Positions 1 through 10,195 of a stretch of DNA of 64,000 nt are shown here, one piece after another. Origin of the DNA: Anaerolineales bacterium (GTDB taxonomy: Bacteria > Chloroflexota > Anaerolineae > Anaerolineales > JBHHUI01); contig OZ252150.1 of NCBI GenBank assembly GCA_965248775.1, positions 5,473,990 to 5,537,989 of the forward strand. Direction: 5' to 3'. Both the position numbers and the translations under genes were made by a program. How positions within the stretch are numbered: position 1 is the stretch's first letter; every line of letters starts with the position of its first letter. Below the pieces are notes generated by a model, which ran no database searches, was not told the DNA's origin, and saw nothing but the letters and a program-made list of their open reading frames with translations.

Positions 1-133
1 TTGTGCATATGGATCTGGCCACAACCAGATACCCGAAAATAATCGACTTAGGAGCGCAAGCAGAAAGGAGCGAGCATGTAAGTTGACAAATTGTAGCGAT
101 GCTTTTAATGGGGTAGAGGAATAGGCTGCTGCG

Positions 134-910
134 CTAGTGTGATCTCGATAGTAAAAAAATTCGAACGTGTCGTGCGATGCGTTCCGGTGCTTCGATCAAA
201 ATCGAGTGTTTTAAATTGTCGAGAATGAAAAGCTCGGAATTTGGTAACTCATTGTGGATAAACCGATTGAGGCGCGGATTGCAGCCCCGGTCAAATTCGC
301 CGGTTAACACGAGACAAGGGTTTTTAATTTCGTGCTACCAAGGTGACATTTCGGTCTCTTCATAAATTCGAAATACATCGAGAAAAACATCGGCGGGTGT
401 ATCGAGTACCTGCTTTATCCGGTTTTTGATCGCATAGGGCCGAGTGGTAATGAATTCGTCCGTATACCAACGTTCAACTAGTGTTTCAAGTACTTTTTCG
501 ATTCCTTTTTCATGCATCGCGATAATAACCGCGCGTAATTTTGCTCCGTCGTCTTCCGTGCGGCCTGCTGCGGTACTCAACAATCCTATCGATAGACAAC
601 GATCCGGATGCCCGCGCGCATATGCAGGAGCGATCATCCCACCCAACGAATGTCCGATTACATGAATCTTCTCGTGGCCAAGTTTGGCGCGTAGTGTTTC
701 GAGGTCGTCGACAAGATCGTCGAGCGAGTAGGGTACGGATGGGATTGGGCTTTCTCCGTGGCCGCGCAAATCATAAGTTACACAGGTGAAGTGATCCTTT
801 AAATGCGGAATCAAACCACTCCAACCTACCTTGCGCGAACCGATGCCGTGCACCATGTAAAGCGGCGGGCCCTCGCCTTCAACGGCGTAATCTACATCAA
901 CTGCACTCAC
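134..910 (-). pseudogene. alpha/beta-fold hydrolase (3-oxoadipate enol-lactonase-like) interrupted by an in-frame TAG at 335-337
   Basis: Track ORF 335..910 has MVHGIGS and the nucleophile elbow GHSLGG. I translated the same frame past the TAG and got HEIKNPCLVLTGEFDRGCNPRLNRFIHNELPNSELFILDNLKHSILIEAPERIARHV. This is the missing C-terminal third with the catalytic-His region, ending at TAG 134-136. Confidence 0.7.
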
Positions 911-933
911 TGTTTTCTCCGACTGATTATGAA

Positions 934-1977
934 CTATTCAGTCTGCGTTGCCGGTTCTTCTTTGGTGGTGAAATGCGGCATCACTTCCTCAGCGAAACGC
1001 TGAATGTTATCCAGCGTATCCGCTTGACTGGCGCCGAAATTGACATTCATGATAAATCGGTCGGCACCAGCCTCCGCGTACGAGCCCAGTTTATCGATCA
1101 TCTCGCTCGTTGTGCAAATGGTCAGATTGGCGGCGGTTTCTTCTATTGAACATTCGCGCGGCAACGCTTTTATTAACCCATTTTCGACGATGCTGGGGCC
1201 ATTGATAAATACATTGTCAAACCGTCCGTAGTAATCGTGCGCCTGTTGTATTTTGGCATCCCGGTCGGCTTCGTTTTTCGCAAGAAAAGTAACGCGTGAA
1301 AGAAACAATGTGAGGTGTTTTCCGGAGTCACCTATTTCCTCTTTGCCGCGATTAAACGCATCAACCTGATCGAGCATGTGCTGATGGCTGCCCGCCAGTG
1401 GTGTTGTTTGAATATGAAATCCGCGTTTGGTTACGTGGTAAATGGCTACCGGCGACAGCACTGCCATCATTAAATTTATTGGTTTGACCGGGCGCGGCAT
1501 GATGGTCAGTGGCTCAAATTTATAGTATTCACCATCCCACGAGACCTCTTCTTCAGATAGCAGTGTCTGTAATACGTCGAGTGATTCGTCGAACTTTTCA
1601 CGGCTGGTCTCGATCGGCACGCCGAGTCGGGCCATCTCGAACGGAAATGCGCCGCGACCAACGCCCAGCAATAGACGGCCTTCGGTGAAAATGTCGGCGC
1701 ACACCAGTTCGCCCGCGAAAACGCGCATATCGTGAAGTGGCAGCACTACCACGCAGGTCATGATTTTCACTTTTTTTGTAACGCCAGCAATTTTGACCGC
1801 GAACTGTAGCGGCGCGGGGATCATCAGAATATTGATAAGGTGGTGCTCGGTGAGTGCAACAGATTCATAGCCGAGCTTATCGGCGAGTACTGCCTGTTCA
1901 AGCATGTCCGCGTATACGCGGTCACCACCGTAATTTTTGTCTGGGTAGTAGGCCGATAACTGAACACTGAAGTCCAT
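934..1977 (-). CDS. LLM-class (luciferase-like) flavin-dependent oxidoreductase
   Basis: The ORF has TEHH and GVGRGAFPFE motifs typical of the LLM family. ATG at 1977 (MDFSVQL) is preceded by a GAGGTGG SD. The track start at 2034 is probably too far upstream. Confidence 0.85.
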   Translation of the reverse strand: MDFSVQLSAYYPDKNYGGDRVYADMLEQAVLADKLGYESVALTEHHLINILMIPAPLQFAVKIAGVTKKVKIMTCVVVLPLHDMRVFAGELVCADIFTEGRLLLGVGRGAFPFEMARLGVPIETSREKFDESLDVLQTLLSEEEVSWDGEYYKFEPLTIMPRPVKPINLMMAVLSPVAIYHVTKRGFHIQTTPLAGSHQHMLDQVDAFNRGKEEIGDSGKHLTLFLSRVTFLAKNEADRDAKIQQAHDYYGRFDNVFINGPSIVENGLIKALPRECSIEETAANLTICTTSEMIDKLGSYAEAGADRFIMNVNFGASQADTLDNIQRFAEEVMPHFTTKEEPATQTE

Positions 1978-2147
1978 CGTCCACCTCACGTTGATTTGCT
2001 GCGTCGAAATAGGTGCTATCAAGCTTGAATTCAACTTACAAGTGCAAAAGACTGTCTGCCTTTACATCCTATTCTGGATGGGATCCTATTCAGCGCAGCC
2101 GGCCCTGGAATGAAGTCATTTTGAGGATGCTAGCGAGATTCGCGCGC

Positions 2148-3884
2148 CTATGGCCCAATGTCCCAAGAGAGATCGTCACCGGCGACGATTTGCTGGTCGA
2201 AAATTTCATTCAGCGCATTTCGATCGCAATCTTGGGCGCGGAAGTCATACGTCCCCGCGGAGGGGATGTCGAATGTGACCTGACCGCCGGTTGAAATGAT
2301 GGAGTTCGTCGCCAACCGGTCTGGCCCCCACGCGTCGGCTGTGGTTTGGCTGTAATTTACGAAGCACACTGCCGCCTCTCCTTGATTGAACAGAGTTACC
2401 TGTGCAATGCCAATTTCATTGGCAACCGTCCATGGAAAACTTTTGTTGTCTGCCAGCATAACACCAAACTCCGCGGCGATGTTGCGGTCATTGCATTCAT
2501 CTACGCGAAGGTCATACGACACACCCGGCTCGACCGGGAAAGCTTCGCTTACCCCCGAAGGGATGGTTGCGTTGCCCAGTTGGTCGGTGCCCCAAGAATC
2601 TTCCGAACTCGGTGATATGTACACATAGCAAACATTTAGGGTGCCCGCATTGAGCACAGTGATCCTAGTGCCGCTTACTTCGGGTGCTTCGGAGGAAAGT
2701 ACGACTGCGATAGTCGGAGCCGGCGCGGCTGTCGCCGTTGCCAGAATTGGCGTAAAAGTTGGTGCGGGTGCACTCGTGCGCGTTGGGGCTGGCGTCTGTG
2801 TGGGGGTCGGCGTTGACGCGCCAAGACCGGCGAGGAGCAGCACGCCGCCACCGCCGAGAAGACCGATTCCCCCGACAATGGCGATGAGCAACACAAGCCC
2901 GCAGCCCAATCCCAATAGCCAGCGCGGAATGCCGCCACGTTTCGGCTCGTGCGTCGGTGCCGGGACGACCCCGGATGCCGGCGCAACTGTCGGAACGGGT
3001 TCCACCACCGTCGCCGGCATGGGTGGCGCCGGTTCGACCACGTTGGCAGCACCCCCCGGCGCGGGTGCACTGTCACTCGTCGCCATGTTTGAGATCGCAT
3101 CGGCAAGTGCACTCGCCGTCGAGAAGCGGCTATCTGGCTCCTTGGCCATGGCGCGGTCAATAATCGCTTCTGCCTCTGGCGGCAAGTCCTCGCGCTGTTC
3201 GAGAATACGCGGTACTGGCTCGGTCACGTGCGCAAGCGCCAGTCCCATCGGCGTATCCGATTGGTAGGGCTGCTTGCCCGTCAGCATCTCGAACAGGATT
3301 GTGCCGAGGGCATAGATATCGCTCCGCCGGTCAACCTGCTCATCGCCCCGAGCCTGCTCGGGACTCATGTACGCCGGGGTGCCGATGATGCCCTGAGTGT
3401 ACTGGATGCTGGCGTCGGATATTTTGACAATGCCAAAATCCGCAACGTAGGCGTTGCCGGCTTGATCGAACAGGATATTGCTCGGTTTGAGATCGCGATG
3501 CACGAGGCCTTTCGCATGGGCCAAATCGAGCGCGGCCGCTATCTGATTGAAGATGCGAACCGTTTCCGGAATTGACAGCGGTTTCCCTTTAAGCCGGTCG
3601 GTCAGCGATCCGCCGTGCATGTAGCGCATGACGAGGTACGGTTGGTCGTCATCCTCGCCAAAGTCGTAGACGGGCACAATGGACGGATGTTCGAGTGTCG
3701 CAATCGTACGCGCTTCGCGTTCAAAGCGCGCGTGGAATTGGGGATCGTGGAGCAGATTGCGAGGCAGCACTTTGATCGCCACTTCGCGCGCAAAGCTCGG
3801 ATCAAATGCGAGGAAGACAGTCGCCATGCCACCACGACCAAGCTCTCTTTGTATATCATAACGACCGATTCGCTCTTTTGTCAC
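2148..3884 (-). CDS. Hanks-type Ser/Thr protein kinase with one TM segment and an extracellular tandem-repeat domain
   Basis: GRGGMATVF P-loop, HRDLKPSNIL catalytic loop, DFG, GTPAYMSPE. There is a Pro/Ala/Thr-rich linker, a TM segment (WLLGLGCGLVLLIAIVGGIGLL) and two about 75-aa C-terminal repeats. Confidence 0.9.
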   Translation of the reverse strand: MTKERIGRYDIQRELGRGGMATVFLAFDPSFAREVAIKVLPRNLLHDPQFHARFEREARTIATLEHPSIVPVYDFGEDDDQPYLVMRYMHGGSLTDRLKGKPLSIPETVRIFNQIAAALDLAHAKGLVHRDLKPSNILFDQAGNAYVADFGIVKISDASIQYTQGIIGTPAYMSPEQARGDEQVDRRSDIYALGTILFEMLTGKQPYQSDTPMGLALAHVTEPVPRILEQREDLPPEAEAIIDRAMAKEPDSRFSTASALADAISNMATSDSAPAPGGAANVVEPAPPMPATVVEPVPTVAPASGVVPAPTHEPKRGGIPRWLLGLGCGLVLLIAIVGGIGLLGGGGVLLLAGLGASTPTPTQTPAPTRTSAPAPTFTPILATATAAPAPTIAVVLSSEAPEVSGTRITVLNAGTLNVCYVYISPSSEDSWGTDQLGNATIPSGVSEAFPVEPGVSYDLRVDECNDRNIAAEFGVMLADNKSFPWTVANEIGIAQVTLFNQGEAAVCFVNYSQTTADAWGPDRLATNSIISTGGQVTFDIPSAGTYDFRAQDCDRNALNEIFDQQIVAGDDLSWDIGP

Positions 3885-4146
3885 TTTGCTACCTCTATAA
3901 AAACCTGTTCAGCCAATTTCATGAGTAGGTAAGATTCCCGCGTTCTGCTCGCGTGTATTATTTTAAGGTACCTTCGCTGGCTGTCTCTATGACCCTTCCG
4001 AGTCAATGGACTCTATGAACCGAATATCAGCAGTGTCTCTGCTGATCTGCACCTGTTTACTATAGATGGGAAGGTACCACATGGGATTGCGTTAAGGTCA
4101 ATCCCTTACTTGTATTCGGTTTTATCAAATCGAGGCACTCTGCCAC

Positions 4147-4773
4147 CTAATTTCTCACCGCCGGGTTCACAGTGTATGTGCCGACCCATTCAGCTTGAGC
4201 AAGTGTATGACCTTCAAATGCGGCAAACGCCTCTGCACCACCGAACTCACCGGATAAGCTCAGTGACTCCACATCCAATGCATATACGCGGAAATGGTAA
4301 TGATGGAGCAATTCGTCATTCCAAGGCGGGCACGGGCCGTCATAACCGCCGTAGGTGCCCCCCATGTCCGCGTCTCCGGCAAACCAGGCAGTGTAATCGT
4401 TCTTGCCATTGACGCCATAAGCGCTGCTTCCGAGTGACTTTCCATGCGCAGTCACGCCGTCTGAGACGGCACCAGCTGCGATTTCGGTCACATTCGCTGG
4501 AACGTCGACGAGTACCCAATGATAGAAGTCGACACGTGGAAGATCGGTCGGAACGGATTTGCCTTCCTGGTTAACATCGTCGCCCACGGAAGGGACATCG
4601 GGGTCAACACATATGACGGCAAAGGATTTCGTTCCCTCCGGAGGATTACTCCACTTCAAGTGCGGATTCTTATTTGCTGCAAGCTGAACATGTCCTTCAT
4701 CAGCCGGGACGCAAAATGCGAAATCGCCGGGGATGGGGCTATTGTTCGGGAAGGAAGATATGGTCAGATCCAT
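4147..4773 (-). CDS. YbhB/YbcL-family PEBP (Raf kinase inhibitor-like) protein
   Basis: DPDVPS, DFYHWVLVDVP and GYDGPCPP...HHYHFRVYALD motifs. AAGGAG SD before ATG 4773. Confidence 0.85.
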   Translation of the reverse strand: MDLTISSFPNNSPIPGDFAFCVPADEGHVQLAANKNPHLKWSNPPEGTKSFAVICVDPDVPSVGDDVNQEGKSVPTDLPRVDFYHWVLVDVPANVTEIAAGAVSDGVTAHGKSLGSSAYGVNGKNDYTAWFAGDADMGGTYGGYDGPCPPWNDELLHHYHFRVYALDVESLSLSGEFGGAEAFAAFEGHTLAQAEWVGTYTVNPAVRN

Positions 4774-4936
4774 GGTTTTTTCTCCTTGGGATGTTACTCG
4801 CAATCCTAGTACACGCCGGCCGTGATCACAAGTGATGGGTCCCGCAACTGTCTGGCAACCTTCGACCGAACAATACCAGCTTCGCTGCTAGACTCGTCGG
4901 GCACCAGTGCAACCCCAGCCTCCATTGGAGAAACCC

Positions 4937-5743
4937 ATGGAATACGCAGATTATCAAAACATCCTTTTCGAGCAGCGCGACGACGGTATTCTTTGGATGA
5001 CACTCAACCGCCCGGATGTACTTAACGCTACCGACCGGCGTATGCACACAGAACTCGTCAACGTCTGGGACACAATCACTCGCGATGATGCGGTGCGGGT
5101 TGTAGTCGTTACCGGGGCAGGGCGGGCGTTCTCCGCCGGGGGTGACCTGGACATGGTGGCGAATGCCCATCGGGACTACGATGAAATCGTGCGGATACTG
5201 GATGAAGCGCGTGATCTCGTTTACAACATGTTGCGTTGTCAGACCCCCATTGTCTCGGCCATAAATGGGCCGGCAGTCGGCGCAGGTTTGGTTGTGGCGT
5301 TGCTCTCGGATGTGAGCATCGCGGCGGAAAATGCGCGCCTTGCCGATGGACATGTTCGTATGGGCGTAGCGGCGGGAGACCATGCCGCCATTATCTGGCC
5401 GCTCCTTTGCGGGATGGCGAAGGCCAAATATTATCTAATGACGGGCGATTTTGTCAGCGGCCGCGAGGCCGAGCGCATAGGCCTGGTGAGTCTGGCTGTG
5501 CCGGATGAAGAACTGCTCGAACGCGCGCAAGCTGTCGCGACTAATCTGGCGCATGGTCCGCGTGATGCGCTACGTTTCACCAAGCGGGCCCTCAATCAGT
5601 GGTTGTTGCAGGCTGCGCCCATCTTCGACCATTCCGCTGCACTCGAAATGCTCGGCTTCTTCTCGAAAGATATGATGGCTGGCGTCGAGGGCCTGCGTGA
5701 GAAGCGTCCGCCGGAATTTCCATCGCGGCATTCGTCAACTTAA
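4937..5743 (+). CDS. enoyl-CoA hydratase/isomerase (crotonase) family protein
   Basis: [17 protein letters not shown] oxyanion-hole motif. GGAG SD before ATG 4937. Confidence 0.85.
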   Translation: MEYADYQNILFEQRDDGILWMTLNRPDVLNATDRRMHTELVNVWDTITRDDAVRVVVVTGAGRAFSAGGDLDMVANAHRDYDEIVRILDEARDLVYNMLRCQTPIVSAINGPAVGAGLVVALLSDVSIAAENARLADGHVRMGVAAGDHAAIIWPLLCGMAKAKYYLMTGDFVSGREAERIGLVSLAVPDEELLERAQAVATNLAHGPRDALRFTKRALNQWLLQAAPIFDHSAALEMLGFFSKDMMAGVEGLREKRPPEFPSRHSST

Positions 5744-5832
5744 AGCCGTCGAGCCACCAATGTTAAGGTGCCTTGTACTTATCCAAAGTGCTAGGCACTT
5801 CGAGACCCGCGAACAGGAAAGGATTGGCCTTT

Positions 5833-6609
5833 ATGGATGAAATGTCACTGGCAGGGAAGAGCGTCCTGCTCACCGGAGGTGCGCGCGGAATTGGAAGCGC
5901 CATTGCTGCCGAGTTCGCCCACGTGGGCGCCAATGTGCTCATCGGCGATCTGCTGCTGGACGAAGCGCAGGCCACCGCCGCAGAGCTGGACGGAGGCAAT
6001 AGCGGCAAGATAATTGCCGAACGGGCGGATGTCGCAGACCTTGAAACAGTGCAAACTCTTTGCGAAACTGCGCTCGCGCAATTCGGGCGCATAGATGTAC
6101 TCGTAAATAATGCCGGTTATGATCGTTTTATTCCTTTCCTGGAAACCACACCGGATTATTGGGATAAGATCATTTCGATCAATTTCAAGGGAGTCCTGAA
6201 CACCTGCTATATCGTCCTGCCCCATATGGTTGCGCAAGGTGGGGGTGTCATCGTCAATCTGGGCTCGGATGCCGGGCGCGCCGGCAGCATGGGTGAGTCG
6301 ATCTATGCTGGTTGCAAAGCAGGCGTGATCGCGTTTTCAAAGACCATCGCCCGCGAGTATGCGCGCGATAATATCCGGGTAAATGTAGTCTCTCCAGGGA
6401 TCACCAAAACAGCGCTCTATGATGCAATTGTCGAGACCGAGTTTGGGCAGAAGGTGATGGGTGCAATTGAACGATCTGTGCCGCTCGGTAGACGAGTCGG
6501 CCTGCCGGAGGAGATCGCTCCCGCTGTGGTCTTCCTGGCTTCCGATGCTGCCCGTTACATTACCGGTCAGGTGCTCAGTATCAACGGCGGTCTGACGATG
6601 GTGGACTGA
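5833..6609 (+). CDS. short-chain dehydrogenase/reductase (FabG-like)
   Basis: TGGARGIGSAIA, NNAG and YAGCKAG (YxxxK) motifs. Confidence 0.85.
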   Translation: MDEMSLAGKSVLLTGGARGIGSAIAAEFAHVGANVLIGDLLLDEAQATAAELDGGNSGKIIAERADVADLETVQTLCETALAQFGRIDVLVNNAGYDRFIPFLETTPDYWDKIISINFKGVLNTCYIVLPHMVAQGGGVIVNLGSDAGRAGSMGESIYAGCKAGVIAFSKTIAREYARDNIRVNVVSPGITKTALYDAIVETEFGQKVMGAIERSVPLGRRVGLPEEIAPAVVFLASDAARYITGQVLSINGGLTMVD

Positions 6610-7012
6610 TGGTGAGTGTGCCATCCGGCTGCACTCGAATCCACTGACCAGTTTGAATCTGGGCGAACGTCTCCGCGCTGAGTGCAAGGATTGGAATCGT
6701 TTTGCCGTACATCTCATCCGCCACAATCGCCGCCAATGAAAAATACGGATCTGTTCCGGAGGTGAGAATGGCGGCCGGTGCTGTTTCGGCGCGGATCGAT
6801 TCTAGTAGCACTGCGGTAGCCGCGCTTGAGCCGCGACTGAATGGGAGCGCCAGTACCTTGCCAGCGGCAATCACACCAGACAGTGGATGGCGGCGGTCAA
6901 TGATTTCCCCAGTAAATTGATCATAGCCGCCCCAGAAACTGAGCGGTTCGCTGCTGACCAGCGCTTCCCCTTCGGCGGACCCCGCTATGATGGGCGCACC
7001 CTGTATTTTCAT
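6581..7012 (-). CDS. aconitase X swivel-domain subunit (DUF126)
   Basis: About 143 aa with SFWGG and LPFSRGSSA motifs. Its ATG overlaps the stop of the upstream large subunit (ATGA at 7009-7012). Confidence 0.8.
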   Translation of the reverse strand: MKIQGAPIIAGSAEGEALVSSEPLSFWGGYDQFTGEIIDRRHPLSGVIAAGKVLALPFSRGSSAATAVLLESIRAETAPAAILTSGTDPYFSLAAIVADEMYGKTIPILALSAETFAQIQTGQWIRVQPDGTLTISPPSSDRR

Positions 7013-8286
7013 CCGGTTTGCTTGTCCAGCCATATTGATTCGTTACGCACAACGCGGCCGGCGATAGCGGAGTTCACACAATCTTCCAGACTGCCGAAGA
7101 CGACGTTCGTGTTAAGCAAGCCTGGCGAGTAATATGCGTACTTCGCAGAATTCGTCATCAGGGTTTTTATGCTCTCAGGCAACATTGGCGTCGTGAGGAT
7201 GCATGTGTCTACCGTGACTTTGCCGCCAAAGTCTTCCAGCGCTCGCAAAAGCCCGGCTTTCTTCGCTAGTGCAGCCATCGCCCGACGCGAAGTCACAAGG
7301 AACTGCAGGCGCTGGTCGCAGCTGCGACCCTCGAGTAGTGGGGCCAGGCGCTGGAATTCGGCCAGTGAGAAATGCGGGCTGCCGAGTACGACCATGTCGA
7401 GCATCTCACCCGCGGCGGTGGTGAGTTCCCGTCGAGCAGCACGCAGATCCTCCAGGGTCACATCAATGATTCGCTCCGGCTCACGGTCCTGAAACGCGGC
7501 CGCTCTGGTGGGGGCTTCGGGTGTGATCCCCACTGCGTGAAACAAGGCCACGCCACCAGACGAAGCAGCCGCAGCGCCCAGCGCTTTCAGTTGGTCCTCC
7601 TCCGGTTCTATCTCCAGTCCCTCAATAACAGGGATATCCTTCTGAGCGACTTTGCCCATCAGATGACCGAATACCGGGAAGAAGGAATCGTCTTCCATAA
7701 GTGAAGCAGGAATATCTACCAAGCGCAATAATAGATTCCCTGCGCGGTTCTCCATGAGATGCAAACCAACAGCGGGTACCCGTCCGGTGATGGCGACGCA
7801 AATATCGAGTAGATCAGGATATCGTTGGGTGCGTGCACCGATGACCGAATTGGCGAACACGATTGCGTTCGTCTCTCCCCAGGCAATCTGCTGCCCGAAT
7901 TGCGGGCGCTGTGCAGTCTGGTAGGGCGCACATGTCCATGTGGGAATCGTGCCCATGCTCGCATAAGCCTGCATTTGGCGTTGTGCTTTGTGTGCCCAGT
8001 CTGGCGGTACAGACCAGTCTTGCCAGCCGTGTTCGTCCACGCCACTGACATTAAGCGTCGTGGGCACACTCACCTGCGCGCCGAGTTCAGCCAAGTGTTC
8101 AGCAAATTCCAACGTTCCCGCGCCCATGTATACAGTGCTATCGATATGCGCGGCGCTGATGTCCATTAAAACAGTTGCTTTGTAGACGGCCGCCATGCGT
8201 ACGATGACCTTCATCGCAAACTGTGCTGCCGGTCCGCGTTCGCCGTTGATTAATGCGTGATCAATATCGGCAAGTTGAAGTGTCAT
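7009..8286 (-). CDS. aconitase X catalytic subunit (DUF521)
   Basis: About 425 aa with N-terminal ...INGERGPAAQFAMKVIVRMA...AHIDS typical of DUF521/AcnX. Translationally coupled to the DUF126 subunit. Confidence 0.8.
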   Translation of the reverse strand: MTLQLADIDHALINGERGPAAQFAMKVIVRMAAVYKATVLMDISAAHIDSTVYMGAGTLEFAEHLAELGAQVSVPTTLNVSGVDEHGWQDWSVPPDWAHKAQRQMQAYASMGTIPTWTCAPYQTAQRPQFGQQIAWGETNAIVFANSVIGARTQRYPDLLDICVAITGRVPAVGLHLMENRAGNLLLRLVDIPASLMEDDSFFPVFGHLMGKVAQKDIPVIEGLEIEPEEDQLKALGAAAASSGGVALFHAVGITPEAPTRAAAFQDREPERIIDVTLEDLRAARRELTTAAGEMLDMVVLGSPHFSLAEFQRLAPLLEGRSCDQRLQFLVTSRRAMAALAKKAGLLRALEDFGGKVTVDTCILTTPMLPESIKTLMTNSAKYAYYSPGLLNTNVVFGSLEDCVNSAIAGRVVRNESIWLDKQTG

Positions 8287-8422
8287 AAGTGTGTAAATCA
8301 AATAATACCCGAATGCACAGCAGCGACAAGTTGGCAGTGGCCTGCAGCGGGAGTAGACTCCCAGCCGAAATTAACTCACATTGTGGTGTTGCATTCGGAC
8401 ATCTTTCAAGGAGATCGCAGAA

Positions 8423-9313
8423 ATGAAAATTGGATTTCTTGGATGGGGCAATATGGGCAATCCGATGGCGGGTAATTTGCAAGCGTCTGGTTTTCCTTTG
8501 AGCGTCTTCGATTTGAATCAATCGGCCGCTGCCGAGCTGATCGCGGGCGGCGCCGGCTGGGCAGAAAGCCCGCGCAATCTAGCGGCCGGTGCGGATGTGG
8601 TCATCACATCATTGCCCGGCCCGCCACAGGTGGAAGCAGCCCTGCTTGGAGAAGACGGCGTGCTAGCCGGATTGGAAGCAAATGCCATCTGGATCGATAT
8701 GTTTACAAATGAACGGCAACTCGTCGCACGTCTTGCCGATCTGGCTGCAGAACGAGGCGCGCATGTTCTGGATGCGCCTGTGACCGGCGCCGTGGACGGC
8801 GCGCGGGATGGCCGCCTCACCATTTACGTTGGCGGGGATGAGGAAGTCTTTGCCCGTTCTAAGCCGGTGTTCATTCCATTGGGGCGCGCCATTTACGTGG
8901 GTGCGCTCGGCGCGGGCAACGTGACAAAGCTGATCACGAACCTGCTCTGGTTTATCAACGCCGTCTCCATTGGAGAAGGTCTCTTGCTCGGCAAGCGAGC
9001 AGGCATTGATCTAGAGACACTCTGGGACGCCATCAAGTCGAGTGTGGGCAACAGCTTTGTCGTAGAACATGATGTACCTTCCATCTTTCGGGGCGACTAC
9101 GACCCCTCCTTCACACTCGACTTATGTTGTAAAGACATGGCCTTGCTAAACACGTTGGGCCGCGAACTCGGAGTCCCATTGCAAATGGGAGCGCTTGCCG
9201 AGCAAACGTTTCAACGCGCCCGCGTCCAATACAGCGGTGGGCAGGGTGAGATGCATGTTGTCAAACTTCTCGAGGACGCAGTCGGTGTAGATTTGCGTGT
9301 GGCGGACCATTAA
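8423..9313 (+). CDS. NAD(P)-dependent 3-hydroxyisobutyrate dehydrogenase-family oxidoreductase
   Basis: MKIGFLGWGNMGNPMA Rossmann N-terminus. AAGGAG SD. Confidence 0.85.
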   Translation: MKIGFLGWGNMGNPMAGNLQASGFPLSVFDLNQSAAAELIAGGAGWAESPRNLAAGADVVITSLPGPPQVEAALLGEDGVLAGLEANAIWIDMFTNERQLVARLADLAAERGAHVLDAPVTGAVDGARDGRLTIYVGGDEEVFARSKPVFIPLGRAIYVGALGAGNVTKLITNLLWFINAVSIGEGLLLGKRAGIDLETLWDAIKSSVGNSFVVEHDVPSIFRGDYDPSFTLDLCCKDMALLNTLGRELGVPLQMGALAEQTFQRARVQYSGGQGEMHVVKLLEDAVGVDLRVADH

Positions 9314-9410
9314 ATTTCTGTAAGAATATTTCCCGAGAAGATTGCTTGTGCTATGCTTGCAGGTGCTAAACAGAGTGATATTGTTTGCGCTGCCTGCGCA
9401 GCCCTGACCT

Positions 9411-10094
9411 ATGGACGAATCTAAACGCGCTGCCGCGGAAAAAGCATTGGACTATGTGCAAAGCGGCATGGCGCTCGGGCTAGGAACAGGTTCGACCATA
9501 GCCCATTTCCTCGATCTGCTCGGAGAGCGTCTGCGCTCTGGTGCCTTGGATGACATTCGTGGCGTGCCCACCTCCGAGCACACCGCACAATGCGCCCGCG
9601 AACTCGGCATCACACTGACCACCCTTACAAAGACGCCAAATCTCGATCTGGCCGTTGATGGCGCAGACGAAGTCGACGATGAACTGAATCTCATCAAAGG
9701 CCTTGGGCGTGCATTGCTTCGCGAAAAAATTGTTGCTACATCTGCAGCGCGTTTTGTTGTGATCGTTGACGAAAGCAAGCTGGTCTCTCGACTGGGGCGG
9801 GGGCCGCTACCGGTGGAGATCGTCCCATTCGAAGCGCATGCTCATGTACGCTGGTTGGGCTCGGTCTGTTCGCGGGCAGAATTATGGCTAGAAGATGATG
9901 GCACGAAAGCTGTTACCGACAATGGCAATTATCTGGCTCGCTGCCATTTCGAAAATGGTATCGAAGATGCTGTCGCCCTTGCGCGAGCATTGGCCGAACG
10001 GCCTGGTATTGTCGAGCATGGTTTGTTTTTACACATGGCGAGCGAAGTCGCCATTGCAGGATCTGCTGGCGTTCAAGTACGCCAGCGAGATTAG
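9411..10094 (+). CDS. rpiA: ribose-5-phosphate isomerase A
   Basis: GLGTGSTIAHF, DGADEVD and KGLGRALLREK motifs. Confidence 0.9.
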   Translation: MDESKRAAAEKALDYVQSGMALGLGTGSTIAHFLDLLGERLRSGALDDIRGVPTSEHTAQCARELGITLTTLTKTPNLDLAVDGADEVDDELNLIKGLGRALLREKIVATSAARFVVIVDESKLVSRLGRGPLPVEIVPFEAHAHVRWLGSVCSRAELWLEDDGTKAVTDNGNYLARCHFENGIEDAVALARALAERPGIVEHGLFLHMASEVAIAGSAGVQVRQRD

Positions 10095-10195
10095 TAAATT
10101 CCAATGTGTCTTGTATCCGATATTAAAGTGGGGATGAAGCAGCCTCTTTCAAGGCCAGGGATCGCCAAATAATCAACAAAGGCTTCGAGATCCGA

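Noticed and set aside
335-337. Stop-codon reassignment or pyrrolysine as an explanation for the two in-frame TAG codons (335-337 and 51128-51130).
   Set aside because: TAG terminates ftsZ (34261-34263), the ftsL-like gene (18119-18121) and nrdR (36464-36466) at normal C-termini. No pyl genes or suppressor tRNA are visible in the window. Ordinary nonsense mutation or sequencing error is the simpler explanation.
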